A stretch of DNA of 64,000 nucleotides from Eledone cirrhosa (taxonomy: Eukaryota): the NCBI GenBank assembly GCA_964016885.1, contig OZ024745.1, positions 78,802,001 to 78,866,000 of the forward strand, in the 5' to 3' direction. Under the pieces are notes generated by a model. It was not told where the DNA came from. It saw nothing but the letters and a program-made list of their open reading frames with translations, and did no database searches. A program made the position numbers and the translations under genes. This document shows, piece after piece, positions 25,031 through 35,902 of this stretch. The number at the start of each line of letters is the position of its first letter. Within the stretch, counting starts at the first letter, position 1.

Positions 25031-25394
25031 TACGGAGGAATAGTTGAAAGTGTTTACACTTCACAATTCATTGTTTTCATAGCCAAAGCTCTTTATTTAA
25101 AAACAGCAGATGTAAATAGCTTACGATTACCCTAAACCTTTAAATATACATAATACCACGGCTGCAGCTTAATGGCCTCTAACGTCCTCATACCAATAAT
25201 TGGTGCAGAATGATTATTATTTTTCTTGCAGGGTTGGTACATGGTTTAAATGACATGTTTGAATTTTAATGCATATCTTGTGTGGTGTGTGTCTGGTAGG
25301 TGGGATTGCTTATAAGATTATGGTTTGTGTTTGCTTGGGTTCGTTGATAGCATGGCTTTGGTATCGAGTTATTTATGTTCCAGTTAAATCAATT

Positions 25395-25992
25395 GACAGA
25401 TCTGTTTCCAACCTAAAAGAAATAATGTAGATTACCATTTAAAGACAAAAGGCACCGTCAAGATGTAAGCTTGTCTTCAGTAGGCAACGTCTTATTATTC
25501 ACACATAGCTTTCAGCCGTCAACAATGCAACAAAAATCCCAAATGAGAAAGTGAAAGCACATGTGTTATGGCGACTAAGCAGAAGGGTATAGACAGGCCA
25601 ACAGAAATTCTAAAAATAGCTCCTCGTTAAGCCCATAAGTCAGTTCAAATAAAATTATAACTATCAGGAGCAGAGATACGGGCATAATTTTGATCAACAC
25701 ACAATAATATCGATCATATTGTCCGGTAATCGTTCAATGACAAAATAGTTGCGAATAAAACCCAATCAGAGCGTTACACATAGCAGATAATATTACTGAG
25801 ACAAAAGTATCCATGACCATGCGTAGATAAAAGCATAAGAAAAGCGGGATGGCAAGTAATGATCTTACATGAAGATGGTAAATACCGATTCTTAACGCCT
25901 ATACAGATTTGTTTCGAATCGAAAAGAAATAATGCAGATTACCAGTATTAAATAAAAGACATCATTAAGATGTAAGGTTCTTCTCAGTAGGC
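25395..25992 (-). ncRNA. Two diverged tandem hammerhead motifs 507 bp apart (25395-25485 and 25897-25992)
   Basis: GCCTA-CTGAAGA-CAA...TTG-GAAA-CAGATCTG-TC and GCCTA-CTGAGAA-GAA...TTC-GAAA-CAAATCTG-TA-TAGGC. Each copy has one defect. Confidence 0.6.
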
Positions 25993-26040
25993 AACATCAT
26001 ATTATTCACACATGGCTCCAGCCGTCTGCCATGCAGCCAA

Positions 26041-26124
<84 letters not shown>

Positions 26125-26389
26125 AAAGATTTTAGTATCTCTGTCAGTTCTTTAATATTTTTCCTTCGTCAATAAGTATTTTACTCGAAATATAAGCAAC
26201 TATTTAATATTTTCAAGGTAATGATCCCATCTCCATGTTTTATGTCTACTTTTTTTTTTCTTTTTTCTCTTTCTTTTATCTGGCAATGTTACCTCAATGT
26301 TTATAACTCCATTAGCATTGTCGCAGCTTCCTGAAAACTACTCATTTTTTTCATATTCCACCATGCTTCAAACAAACTATAACACTTTT

Positions 26390-26529
<140 letters not shown>

Positions 26530-26824
26530 AGCATAAAGAAAAACAGCTTTTTTAAAGTATCAATCTTGATATTTTATGTTTTTGTTTTAATATTTCTTTA
26601 TTTTCTCACCATTAAGTTTTCTTACCTATTTCTTCTCTTTTTTTTATATTGTTGCTATATATTTCATGTCAATTTTTATTGTTTATAATTCAAATTTTGT
26701 ACTTGCTTGACTAGTGACTTGATTTTAAAACCTGTCTTGAATATAAAAAAATATTAAACAGGATAGCCATTTAAAATACAAATATCCAGTTATGTTAGCT
26801 TTATTTCTTCATAATATTATATAA

Positions 26825-26985
26825 AGGCGGCGAATTGGCAGAGTCGTTAAGACATCGGATAGATTGCTTGACGGTATTCGTCCCACCTCATTGCGGGCTC
26901 TGAGTTCAAATCCCGCTGTGGTCAACTTTGCTTTTCCTCCTTTCGAGGTCGATAAAAAGAATACCAGTTTAGTACTGGGGTCGAT
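26825..26985 (+). mobile_element. tRNA-derived SINE
   Basis: AAGGCGGCGAATTGGCAGAGTCGTTA...GAGTTCAAATCCCGC...CTTTGCTTTTCCTCCTTTCGAGGTCGATAAA, similar to the other SINE copies. Confidence 0.8.
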
Positions 26986-27193
26986 TCTTCCTCTATAGAA
27001 AAAATCGGCTGTATTCAGACCTGGAGAAGGTTGGGCTCCGCCAGCTTTAAAGGTGCTCTAGACACACCGTATGACGGTGCCTCTACGACTCCACAATGTG
27101 TTATGGGATTTTTTTATCCTTTATTGTCCTTAATATTATATACTAATAAAGCATAAAGCGTTAAAAAAAATGGTTGGTTATATGCCAAGGAAC

Positions 27194-27258
27194 TTGTTGT
27201 AATAATATTGCCAGAAATAATAACATTGTTATTATTTCTGGCAATATTATTACAACAA
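27194..27258. repeat. Perfect palindrome: 32-bp arms with a 1-nt spacer
   Basis: TTGTTGTAATAATATTGCCAGAAATAATAACA-T-TGTTATTATTTCTGGCAATATTATTACAACAA. Confidence 0.95.
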
Positions 27259-27304
27259 TATGACCCTCCTATCTATATATATATATATATATAAAGAATT
27301 ATTT

Positions 27305-27376
27305 TGGATATACCGGGTCACGAACCCGGGGCCTTTCGCTTGCGAAGCGAAAGCTCTACCACTGAGCTATATCCTA
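27305..27376 (-). tRNA. tRNA-Ala(CGC)-like sequence, probable pseudogene
   Basis: D arm GCTC/GAGC, anticodon arm TTCGC-TTCGCAA-GCGAA, T arm CCGGG/CCCGG, G3:U70 retained. Three acceptor-stem mismatches; T-loop TTCGTGA lacks A58. Confidence 0.75.
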
Positions 27377-28799
27377 CTGGAATTTCAAATTTGGCGGTCA
27401 TTCGAGGTGGGAGAGAGCAACTTTACGGACATGATTTTTGACAGCGGTAAGAAATTGTTTTCTTATATCAATGTTTAATGGGCTTCCACTGATGATTTAT
27501 AAGTGCCCACCTAAATATATTCTTACATGAATATATATTAGGCTTCTACATAAACTGGAAACATTCTCCCAAACTTGTAGAAAACTTATAATGAAACAAT
27601 TGTTTGGAAAGAGAGATATACTTTAACTTTAATTATATCTCATAAAATAATACAACTGGTTTTTCCACATTATACATATTGTTAGCACCCCAAACACTTA
27701 AATTGGGTTTATATTTTAATATAACCTAATGTTTGTTGAGTGAGATAGTTACCAGTCAGAGTTTAGCTTTAAACTATCTCTGTTATTGTATTAAATATTT
27801 ACTCTTGATTGGCCAGAGGTCTTTATTTCCAGGTACCTTATGAATTTGACTTTCCGTATTTATTACTGTTGTGAAATATTGTGGCTTTTTTTGGTTGTAA
27901 CTTTTCTGTTTTTTAGCCTAGGAAAATATATATATATGCCTACGTATATAATGACATGCATATATGTATTTATTTTCTTTTATTAATTGAGTTCTTTACA
28001 CGAGGAATTAATATTGGTTTTGAAATAACTAATTAACCCGCGTGTGTTTTATATTTTACTCTTAATAATTCGGCCGGAGAATTATATTCCCATTTGCCCT
28101 TTATAGCATAACTTTCTGCATTTACTGCGGTTATGAGAAGCGGTTCTTATTCGGGTACAACTTCTGATTTAGCCTAAGAAAATATCTATATGCGTGTGTA
28201 ATTTATACAAGCATATATTTATTTTTTTATTTTCAATTGAGTTCTTAAACACGTTGGATTGATAATGTTTTCAAAAAAACTAATTAACCCGCATGTATAT
28301 TATTTTTTTCCTCTTTTCGTGGATCGTGGGTTGTCTCCCCTTCCCGCTTCGTGTCGCTATGATACTTCCTCAGTCAAAAACTGCTGGAATTTCAAATTTG
28401 GCGGTCATTCGAGGTGGGAGAGAACAACTTTACGGACATGATTTTTGACAGCGGTAAGAAATTGTTTTCTTATATCAATGTTTAATGGGCTTCCACTGAT
28501 GATTTATAAGTGCCCACCTAAATATATTCTTACATGAATATATATTAGGCTTCTACATAAACTGGAAACATTCTCCCAAACTTGTAGAAAACTTATAATG
28601 AAACAATTGTTTGGAAAGAGAGATATACTTTAACTTTAATTATATCTCATAAAATAATACAACTGGTTTTTCCACATTATACATATTGTTAGCACCCCAA
28701 ACACTTAAATTGGGTTTATATTTTAATATAACCTAATGTTTGTTGAGTGAGATGGTTACCAGTCAGAGCTTTAAACTATCTCTGTTATTGTATTAAATA
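27377..28799. repeat. Direct duplication of ~420 bp (27377-27797 and 28384-28799)
   Basis: CTGGAATTTCAAATTTGGCGGTCATTCGAGG...GTATTAAATAT is near-identical in both copies, offset ~1007. Confidence 0.9.
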
Positions 28800-29439
28800 T
28801 ATATATATATATATATACTTCATTTTTGAATTTGTTTTGCAAGATTTCTTATCTGAAAATTTGTGTTGAAACAGATATTGTTATACTTTGAGAGGGTTAT
28901 GTTGCCAATAGAAATACATGCACCTGTTGGTTTTCACTTCAATTTATTACAATTTTCCAGTTGGTTGGCTGGTTGGTCTAATAACTGGATGGTTGTTTGT
29001 TTATTGTCAAAGCTCTTCCATAACACATTCTGTGACATCCTCAATGACTAATTTGTTATTTTGCGTCTCTTCTTTGTTCTGTCCTACACCATCTTGTTTT
29101 TGTGTGTTGTGTATTTGGGTTGCGCATGCATTGTATCCGTGTGTGTGTGTGTTTTATATATACATTTATCTACTTGTCACTAGTTGGTTGCTTGTTCTAT
29201 CTGTGTGTGTTTGGTTTGTTTTATCAGTTTGGTTCTTGTGTGCCTCTGTATGTCTTTATCTTTTCCTTAATTACTAGTTGTGATGTTGTTGCTATTCCAC
29301 TCATGCTTTCTATTTAATTTTGGTATTACCCTTAAACAAAATAAATTTATCGATCAACTTTCATCAAATCGGACCAAGGAAACAATGTTTCTGTTGGTCT
29401 TTCCAATTGCTAATACTATCTATCGGTCGTAACTCCAGG

Positions 29440-29560
29440 TAGAAGGAGTAATGTGAAATAAAGTGTCTTGCTCAAGAACATAACGCATCGCTTGGTCCAG
29501 GAATCAAACTGACAACCTCACGATTACAAATCCAGTTCTCTAACCAATCAGCCACACGCT
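29440..29560 (-). mobile_element. Old tRNA-derived SINE fragment (different family)
   Basis: Minus strand reads GCGTGTGGCTGATTGGTTAGAG...GTTTGATTCCTGGACC...TTCTTGAGCAAGACACTT. Confidence 0.6.
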
Positions 29561-29672
29561 TTAACCAAGCATTACAACTTATAGCTATATGTGTATATCT
29601 ATCTGGAATAATGGAAGTATTAAATTACTGTATCATTGTCAATAAAAACACCAGATATTTTAATTTCATAAC

Positions 29673-29678
29673 TTTATT
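29673..29678 (-). promoter_or_regulatory. Candidate polyadenylation signal of the RLR gene
   Basis: AATAAA on the minus strand ~95 nt after the stop codon. Confidence 0.5.
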
Positions 29679-29771
29679 GTTTCTCAGCATATTACAGTAA
29701 ATGAAATTAAATTGATTAATGTTTATAATACTGAAATAAAATCACCGGGGAAAAAGATAAACACATAAGCC

Positions 29772-30439
29772 TTAATTTTCATCTGAGCTGCTTTCAAGTA
29801 CAGCGTTTTCATAATCATTAACAGCTCCTTCAACACTTTCAAATTCCTCCGTACTGATGGGCCTAACTACATTCTTAAATGGTACGTGCAGCCATCTTTT
29901 TGCAACTATATGTTCGTTTTTCTCATTAAATATTTTGAAATTTTTTATTTTTACACAATCAAATACACTACCCTTGTACACCACTTGAATTCCCCATTTA
30001 TAGTTGCATTTGGGACAAAAAATAATGCCTATGGTCTTCACATTGTCATATAGCACCTTTGGGTTATGACGTGAAATAGAAATTTTATTTCGAAAATCGG
30101 GATTGACAATGACATAACATTTCTCTTCAATAGAACGAAAGTCAGAACTTTTAGCAGCAAATTCTAGACAAGAGATACATTTCAGTGTAAAAATTCCTAT
30201 ATCATTTAAATTCTCTACTTTTACATCTTTGAGATTAGCCCGTTCGTTTTTATTTTTAATTTGAATTTGTTTCAAACATTTCCTGAAAGAAATTGGGTCA
30301 GTCATTTGTTCATCGTAAACCTGATCTAATATTCTAAATATAGTATCAGATTTAAATTGGTTGCCTTCAGCTTTTTTCTTCAAGGTGGGATCTGCACCAA
30401 CAATCATAATGTACTTGCTATGCGCTGATCGAGCTCTTC
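29772..30439 (-). CDS. RIG-I-like receptor, last exon (end of motif VI, pincer, Zn-binding C-terminal domain)
   Basis: Acceptor ttatag|GA, phase 1. GRARS..., LKCISC...IFCPKCNYKWG...KIKNF...KRW matches the RIG-I/MDA5 CTD with four Zn cysteines. TAA stop. Confidence 0.93.
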
Positions 30440-30564
30440 CTATAATCCAAAGTAAAGAAAGGAAAGGAGTTTCAGGCATTCATCTAAATAGATTCACGAT
30501 CAATGTATATGCTGAGCAATGATATTAGTATTACACATACACACACATATATATACATATGGCA

Positions 30565-31800
30565 AAAAAAATCTTAGAATTGAAAGGCCTAAAAGTAAAT
30601 TTAGTAAAGTCTTAATAAGTAGAAAAGAAGACAGAAACTAGATATCATCAGGGAACTAAAATTGTTCAATAAGTCGAAAAGGGGTGAGCAAAAATTCCAT
30701 TAGCAGCAAGCAGTATAACCTACAGATCCATAAGAGATGTAGTGGGATTACAAAGATTACAAGCCTCCAAAACATTTTCCATAGCAACTGCTGCCCCCAA
30801 GAAAAGATTATGGTGACTGCATCGGGATTTTTTTTTACAACAATGAGAATCCTTTACTGCAAATACATACTGTCAGGAAATTGACTGTAAACAAGGAAAA
30901 CTCAAATCAAAATAACCAAGACATGGGTAAACAGAGATGGGCCAAACTTGCTGCATGACAACACTTGACCACATAATTCTCAAACCATCATCATTTTTAT
31001 ATGTTTGCATAAATTAGATAAGTTCTCTCCTGCACATCATGTCTCCACATATCTCTTTCCTTTGTCATCTACTTTGTGAAGTTCAGCATCCTAAGATCAG
31101 CTTTCACAACCTCTTCCCAGGTCTTTCTGGATCTTCCTCTCTCATTGCTTCCATCCACTTGTAATGTCTGGATCTTCTTCATATAACAATCATCCTCCAT
31201 CTGCATTATGTCTCTGTATAAACACAATCACCTCTCCTATTCACTGCTTATGATTCCTCTTATACTTTGTTTTCCTTTCAACTCATTTGTGTTTCATGCA
31301 CACTAACATTACACATCAACGGGAGCATATTCAATTCATTTCTTTCTAGCTTTCACATATCCTTAACATTCAGTGCCCATGCCTCAGCACCATGCAACAC
31401 TGCACTAGGTACATCAACATCATGTAATTTACACTTCATTCAAAGAGATAATCCCTTTGTTGCCAACAGAGTTAGTAGCTCCCTGAACTTTTTCCACCTA
31501 ATTTTTATTCTTGTTACTATGCTTTCATAGTAACTTTCTTCCCTGCAGTTAGGTCACTTTTACTGGACCTTCCTTGGATTTGGAAAAAACGTTTTTCTCT
31601 GGTACTCTTACTACTAACTTTCCTGTATATTTGCCACGTATAAAGTCTACCTTCTCTGTTAGCTCTTTGGGTATGATACTGTCATGTATTATCTGGTTGA
31701 CTATGTGAGTGACAACTCAAGCCCTACTTCACCAGATATTTTTAACATCTCTGCAACTATCCCAGATGGCCCAGCTAATTTTCCCTTTTCCATATCATTA
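30565..31800. mobile_element. Decayed RTE-like LINE fragments in an RLR intron (both orientations)
   Basis: Plus strand: NLELKGLKVNL and IHKRCSGIT. Minus strand, ~31060-31500: RGRSRKTWEEVVKADLRML, typical of the RT C-terminus. Confidence 0.6.
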
Positions 31801-32242
31801 AAGGCCTCTTTAAAAATTAATGGAACTAGGTTATAAAATTTGCTGCACACTCCTTACATCTCTCCAATGAATTACCATATTTTCAAATACATGAAACTGT
31901 TTACATATAATAATAAAATCACAAATCAAGAGGCTGTAGTTGAAGCACTTAAGGCTCAAAAGAAAAAAAGAGAGAAATTTTTATTTTTAAATAGGAATAT
32001 CTAACTTAACATCACATTGGCAAAAGACAACTAAACACAGTGGAACATTTTGATTGAATAAATTTGTTAAATCCCATTTATATACTTTTTCTGCTAAAAA
32101 CATTTCATATGGCATTCAACAGAAAAAGAAATAAGACAAAAGAGAAAAACAATACTAGAGAAATGACTGAACACACTAGATACAGGACAAAAATGGAAAA
32201 TAAAACTAAGAAATATGATTGTTTCACAAAGCATGTACATAC

Positions 32243-32410
32243 CTCTCTTTTGCACATGGGATCTTACTCCTAATACAGTCATATAGTCAATGACTACATT
32301 GCACTTCTTAATATCCAGCCCTTCTTCTCCAATTGGAGTTGAAACCAGAAGTTTGCAAATACCTTTTTGAAATGATGATAGGGTTTCAATTTGTCTATTT
32401 ATTGACATAC
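32243..32410 (-). CDS. RIG-I-like receptor exon (Hel2 motifs IVa, V, VI)
   Basis: cag|GT...AGAG|gtatg, 168 nt, phase 1-1. GMSINRQIETLSSFQKGICKLLVSTPIGEEGLDIKKCNVVIDY...VQKRG joins the next exon to give QKRGRAR. Confidence 0.95.
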
Positions 32411-32614
32411 CTGTAAGCATTGAAATGATTATTGTATTTTATCTTATTAAAACATTTCATAATTGCAATGTATATAGTTGCTATTTTATACTAGAATGTT
32501 TTTCAACACACTGACACATGTATGAGTATATTATTATAAACATGCAAACACAGACGCACTTACAAAAATAAACACTCACAGACATACATGTTAGGCGCTA
32601 TTTTCTGTAGATTG

Positions 32615-34007
32615 TCATCACCCCTTCCTTCCTCAATCATCTCTAGTGTGTGACATCATCACCCCTTCCTTACTCAATCATCTCTAGTGTGTGACATCAT
32701 CACCCCTTCCTTCCTCAATCATCTCTAGTGTGTGACATCATCACCCCTTCCTTCCTCAATCATCTCTAGTGTGTGACATCATCACCCTTCCTTCCTTAAT
32801 CATCTCTAGTGTGTGACATCATCACCCCTTCCTTCCTCAATCATCTCTAGTGTGTGACATCATCACCCCTTCCTTCATCAATCATCTCTAGTGTGTAACA
32901 TCATCACCCCATCCTTCCTCAATCATCTCTAGTGTGTGACATCATCACCCCTTCCTTCCTCAATCATCTCTAGTGTGTGACATCATCACCCCTTCCTTCC
33001 TCAATCATCTCTAGTGTGTGACATCATCAACCCTTCCTTCCTCAATCATCTCTAGTGTGTAACATCATCACCCCTTCCTTCCTCAGTCAACTCTAGTGTG
33101 TGACATCATCACCCCTTCCTTCCTCAGTCATCTCTAGTGTGTGACATCATCACGCCTTCCTTCCTCAGTCATCTCTAGTGTGTGACATCATCACCCTTCC
33201 TTCCTTAATCATCTCTAGTGTGTGACATCATCACCCCTTCCTTACTCAATCATCTCTAGTGTGTGACATCATCACCCCTTCCTTCCTTAATCATCTCTAG
33301 TGTGTAACATCATCACCCCTTCCTTCCTCAATCATCTCTAGTGTGTGACATCATCACCCCTTCCTTCCTCAATCATCTCTAGTGTGTAACATCATCACCC
33401 CTTCCTTCCTCAATCATCTCTAGTGTGTGACATCATCACCCCTTCCTTCCTCAATCATCTCTAGTGTGTGACATCATCACCCCTTCCTTCCTCAATCATC
33501 TCTAGTGTCTAACATAATAACCCCTTCCTTCCTCAATCATCTCTGGTGTGTGACATCATCACCCCTTCCTTCCTCAATCATCTCTAGTGTGTGACATCAT
33601 CACCCCTTCCTTCCTCAATTATCTCTAGTGTGTGACATCATCACCCCTTCCTTCCTCAATCATCTCTAGTGTGTGACATCATCACCCCTTCCTTCCTCAA
33701 TCATCTCTAGTATGTGACATCATCACCCCTTCCTTCCTCAATCATCTCTAGTGTGTGACATCATTAACCCTTCCTTCCTCAATCATCTGTAGTGTGTGAC
33801 ATCATCACTCCTTCCTTCCTCAATCATCTATAGTGTGTGACATCATCACCCCTTCCTTCCTCAGTCATCTCTAGTGTTTGACATCATCACCCCTTCCTTC
33901 CTCAGTCATCTCTAGTGTGTAACACCATCACCCCTTCCTTCCTCAATCATCACTAGTTTGTGACATCATCACCCCTTCCTTCCTCAATCATCTCTAGTGT
34001 GTAACAT
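32615..34007. repeat. 41-bp minisatellite, left block (~34 units)
   Basis: Consensus CATCATCACCCCTTCCTTCCTCAATCATCTCTAGTGTGTGA; period 41 (e.g. 33661 to 33702). Confidence 0.97.
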
Positions 34008-35902
34008 TGTAAGGTCCAGTGTAAGGTCCAGTGTAAGGCTGTGTGAGCGGGGGCTTCACCGTATCATTCCTTACAAAGACATGCGTCCACGAGGCAATAT
34101 CCCTCGGGACAGCAGTCTTGACAGTTTGTTTCCTAGTGTCCATTGGCGGCAAATCCTGGAAATAGGAGCGCAAACGGGACACGTAGGAAGCGTGATCTTG
34201 GGCATCAAGATCGATAGGGGCAAGCATTTGCCCGGGCAACGTCAGAGGGGCACCGTACAGTACTTCGTTCCAGAGAATCATCGTCGGACCGTGTTTCTGG
34301 GATTACATTGTATCTCGCATCCAGGATCTTCTGCCACAGCAAAGCTCATATCAGCTAGATTTTTCTGGCCAAATATGAGGCGTGAAATTGCTGCTTGGTG
34401 CCGTTCCTGCGTCGCTTGCCAGAGATCAAAAGTCCATCGACACGTCAAGGCTCCCCTGGGTACCTTTGCTAACCCAGATGCGCGTTTTTCGCATATTCAT
34501 ATTGACATAGTGGGACCTTGGCCTGTCAGCGATGGTTTTTCTTATCTACTTACCGTCATTGACCGTTTTTCGAGATGGCCTGAGGCCATCCCCTTGAAAA
34601 ACATCACCGCGGAGACAACAGCACGTGCTCTTGTGTCTGGATGGATCTCTCGTTATGGAGTTCCATCCACAATAACTACCGACCGTGGACGACAGTTCGA
34701 GTCGAGCCTTTTCCTCGAGCTGTCAAAATTAATTGGTGCTAAACACATTAGAACTACGGCATACCATCCCGCTTCGAATGGTATGGTGGAGCGTTTTCAC
34801 CGCCAACTGAAGGCCTCCTTAATGGCCTCAATGGACTCGGCGCATTGGAGCGAGTACCTCCCTATTGTGCTACTAGGGATTCGGTCAACGGTGAAGGTCG
34901 ACTTTGGATTTTCACCGGCCAAAGTACTGTACGGTGCCCCTCTGACGTTGCCCGGGCAAATGCTTGCCCCTATCGATCTTGATGCCCAAGATCACGCTTC
35001 CTACGTGTCCCGTTTGCGCTCCTATTTCCAGGATTTGCCGCCAATGGACACTAGGAAACAAACTGTCAAGACTGCTGTCCCAAGGTATATTGCCTCGTGG
35101 ACGCATGTCTTTGTAAGGAATGATACGGTGAAGCCCCCGCTCACACAGCCTTACACTGGACCTTACCGTGTCTTAGCGCGCTTGGCTAAGCATTTCACGT
35201 TAGATATTAAGGGGTCCAGGGTGACAGTTACATTAGACAGGCTTAAGCAGGCGCACCTTGACACGGACGCTGTGGTTCCTGATCCACGAACCCCTTCGTA
35301 TTTGCCTGTTGAGTGAACGACTGTTCCTGATCCACCATCATCGCCTGTCCCTACACCACCACCATCGCCACGTTACAAGACCACGACCCGTTCAGGTCGT
35401 AGGGTCCACTGGCCCAAAAAACTTTGCAGCACCGTCTATATTTAGACTATGTTAGCTGCACCTTTTTTTTGCCTCTGTGTTTCTGCTTTTTCTTTGCCTT
35501 GTTTTTTTTATGCATGCATGTCGTTTTTATTTTTTTTTTAACATTTTTCAAATCCTTATTCTGGATTCAATTTTTGCTAGAGCGGATAGCTCCCCCTTGT
35601 TGCATTGTTCGCCATCTTACTCCACATGTGAGTAATGACATCGATTTTCAATAGTTTGAAAATCTGGCTCGAGGTACTGTAGTAAGACGCCTCACGCTCC
35701 TTGATAGAACAACGCCGGTTGAGAACGCCAGAAAGAAAAGACAGACAGCCACTGGAAAGCCGACGGATCACATGCCAGATACCAGCCTCTGTACAACACC
35801 ATTGTTTGTGCTACATCAAAAAATAAACGTATATTTAATCTCTAATTTCTGCTGTTATTATGTCACTCGTATCTCGATAACATCTACAACTAATACTGCT
35901 AA
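34008..35902 (+). mobile_element. Ty3/Gypsy 3' fragment (integrase plus downstream non-coding region) with an inverted duplication at its 5' end
   Basis: From ~34266: H..H..CRSC..C zinc finger, [23 protein letters not shown] (DDE), YTGPY and DRLK. 34021-34265 is the reverse complement of 34922-35166. Confidence 0.92.

Noticed and set aside
27489-27585. CTGATGA...GAAA motif in the 420-bp duplicated block (also at ~28496)
   Set aside because: Stem I and stem III are not supported and stem II is out of register.
30440-30479. MPETPFLSLLWII as the N-terminus of a stand-alone 235-aa protein
   Set aside because: It is the intron polypyrimidine tract and acceptor; similarity starts at the AG at 30441-30440.
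33994-34281. Separate 95-aa minus-strand gene, and the N-terminus of the 439-aa plus-strand ORF
   Set aside because: Both come from the inverted duplicate of the integrase 3' region.
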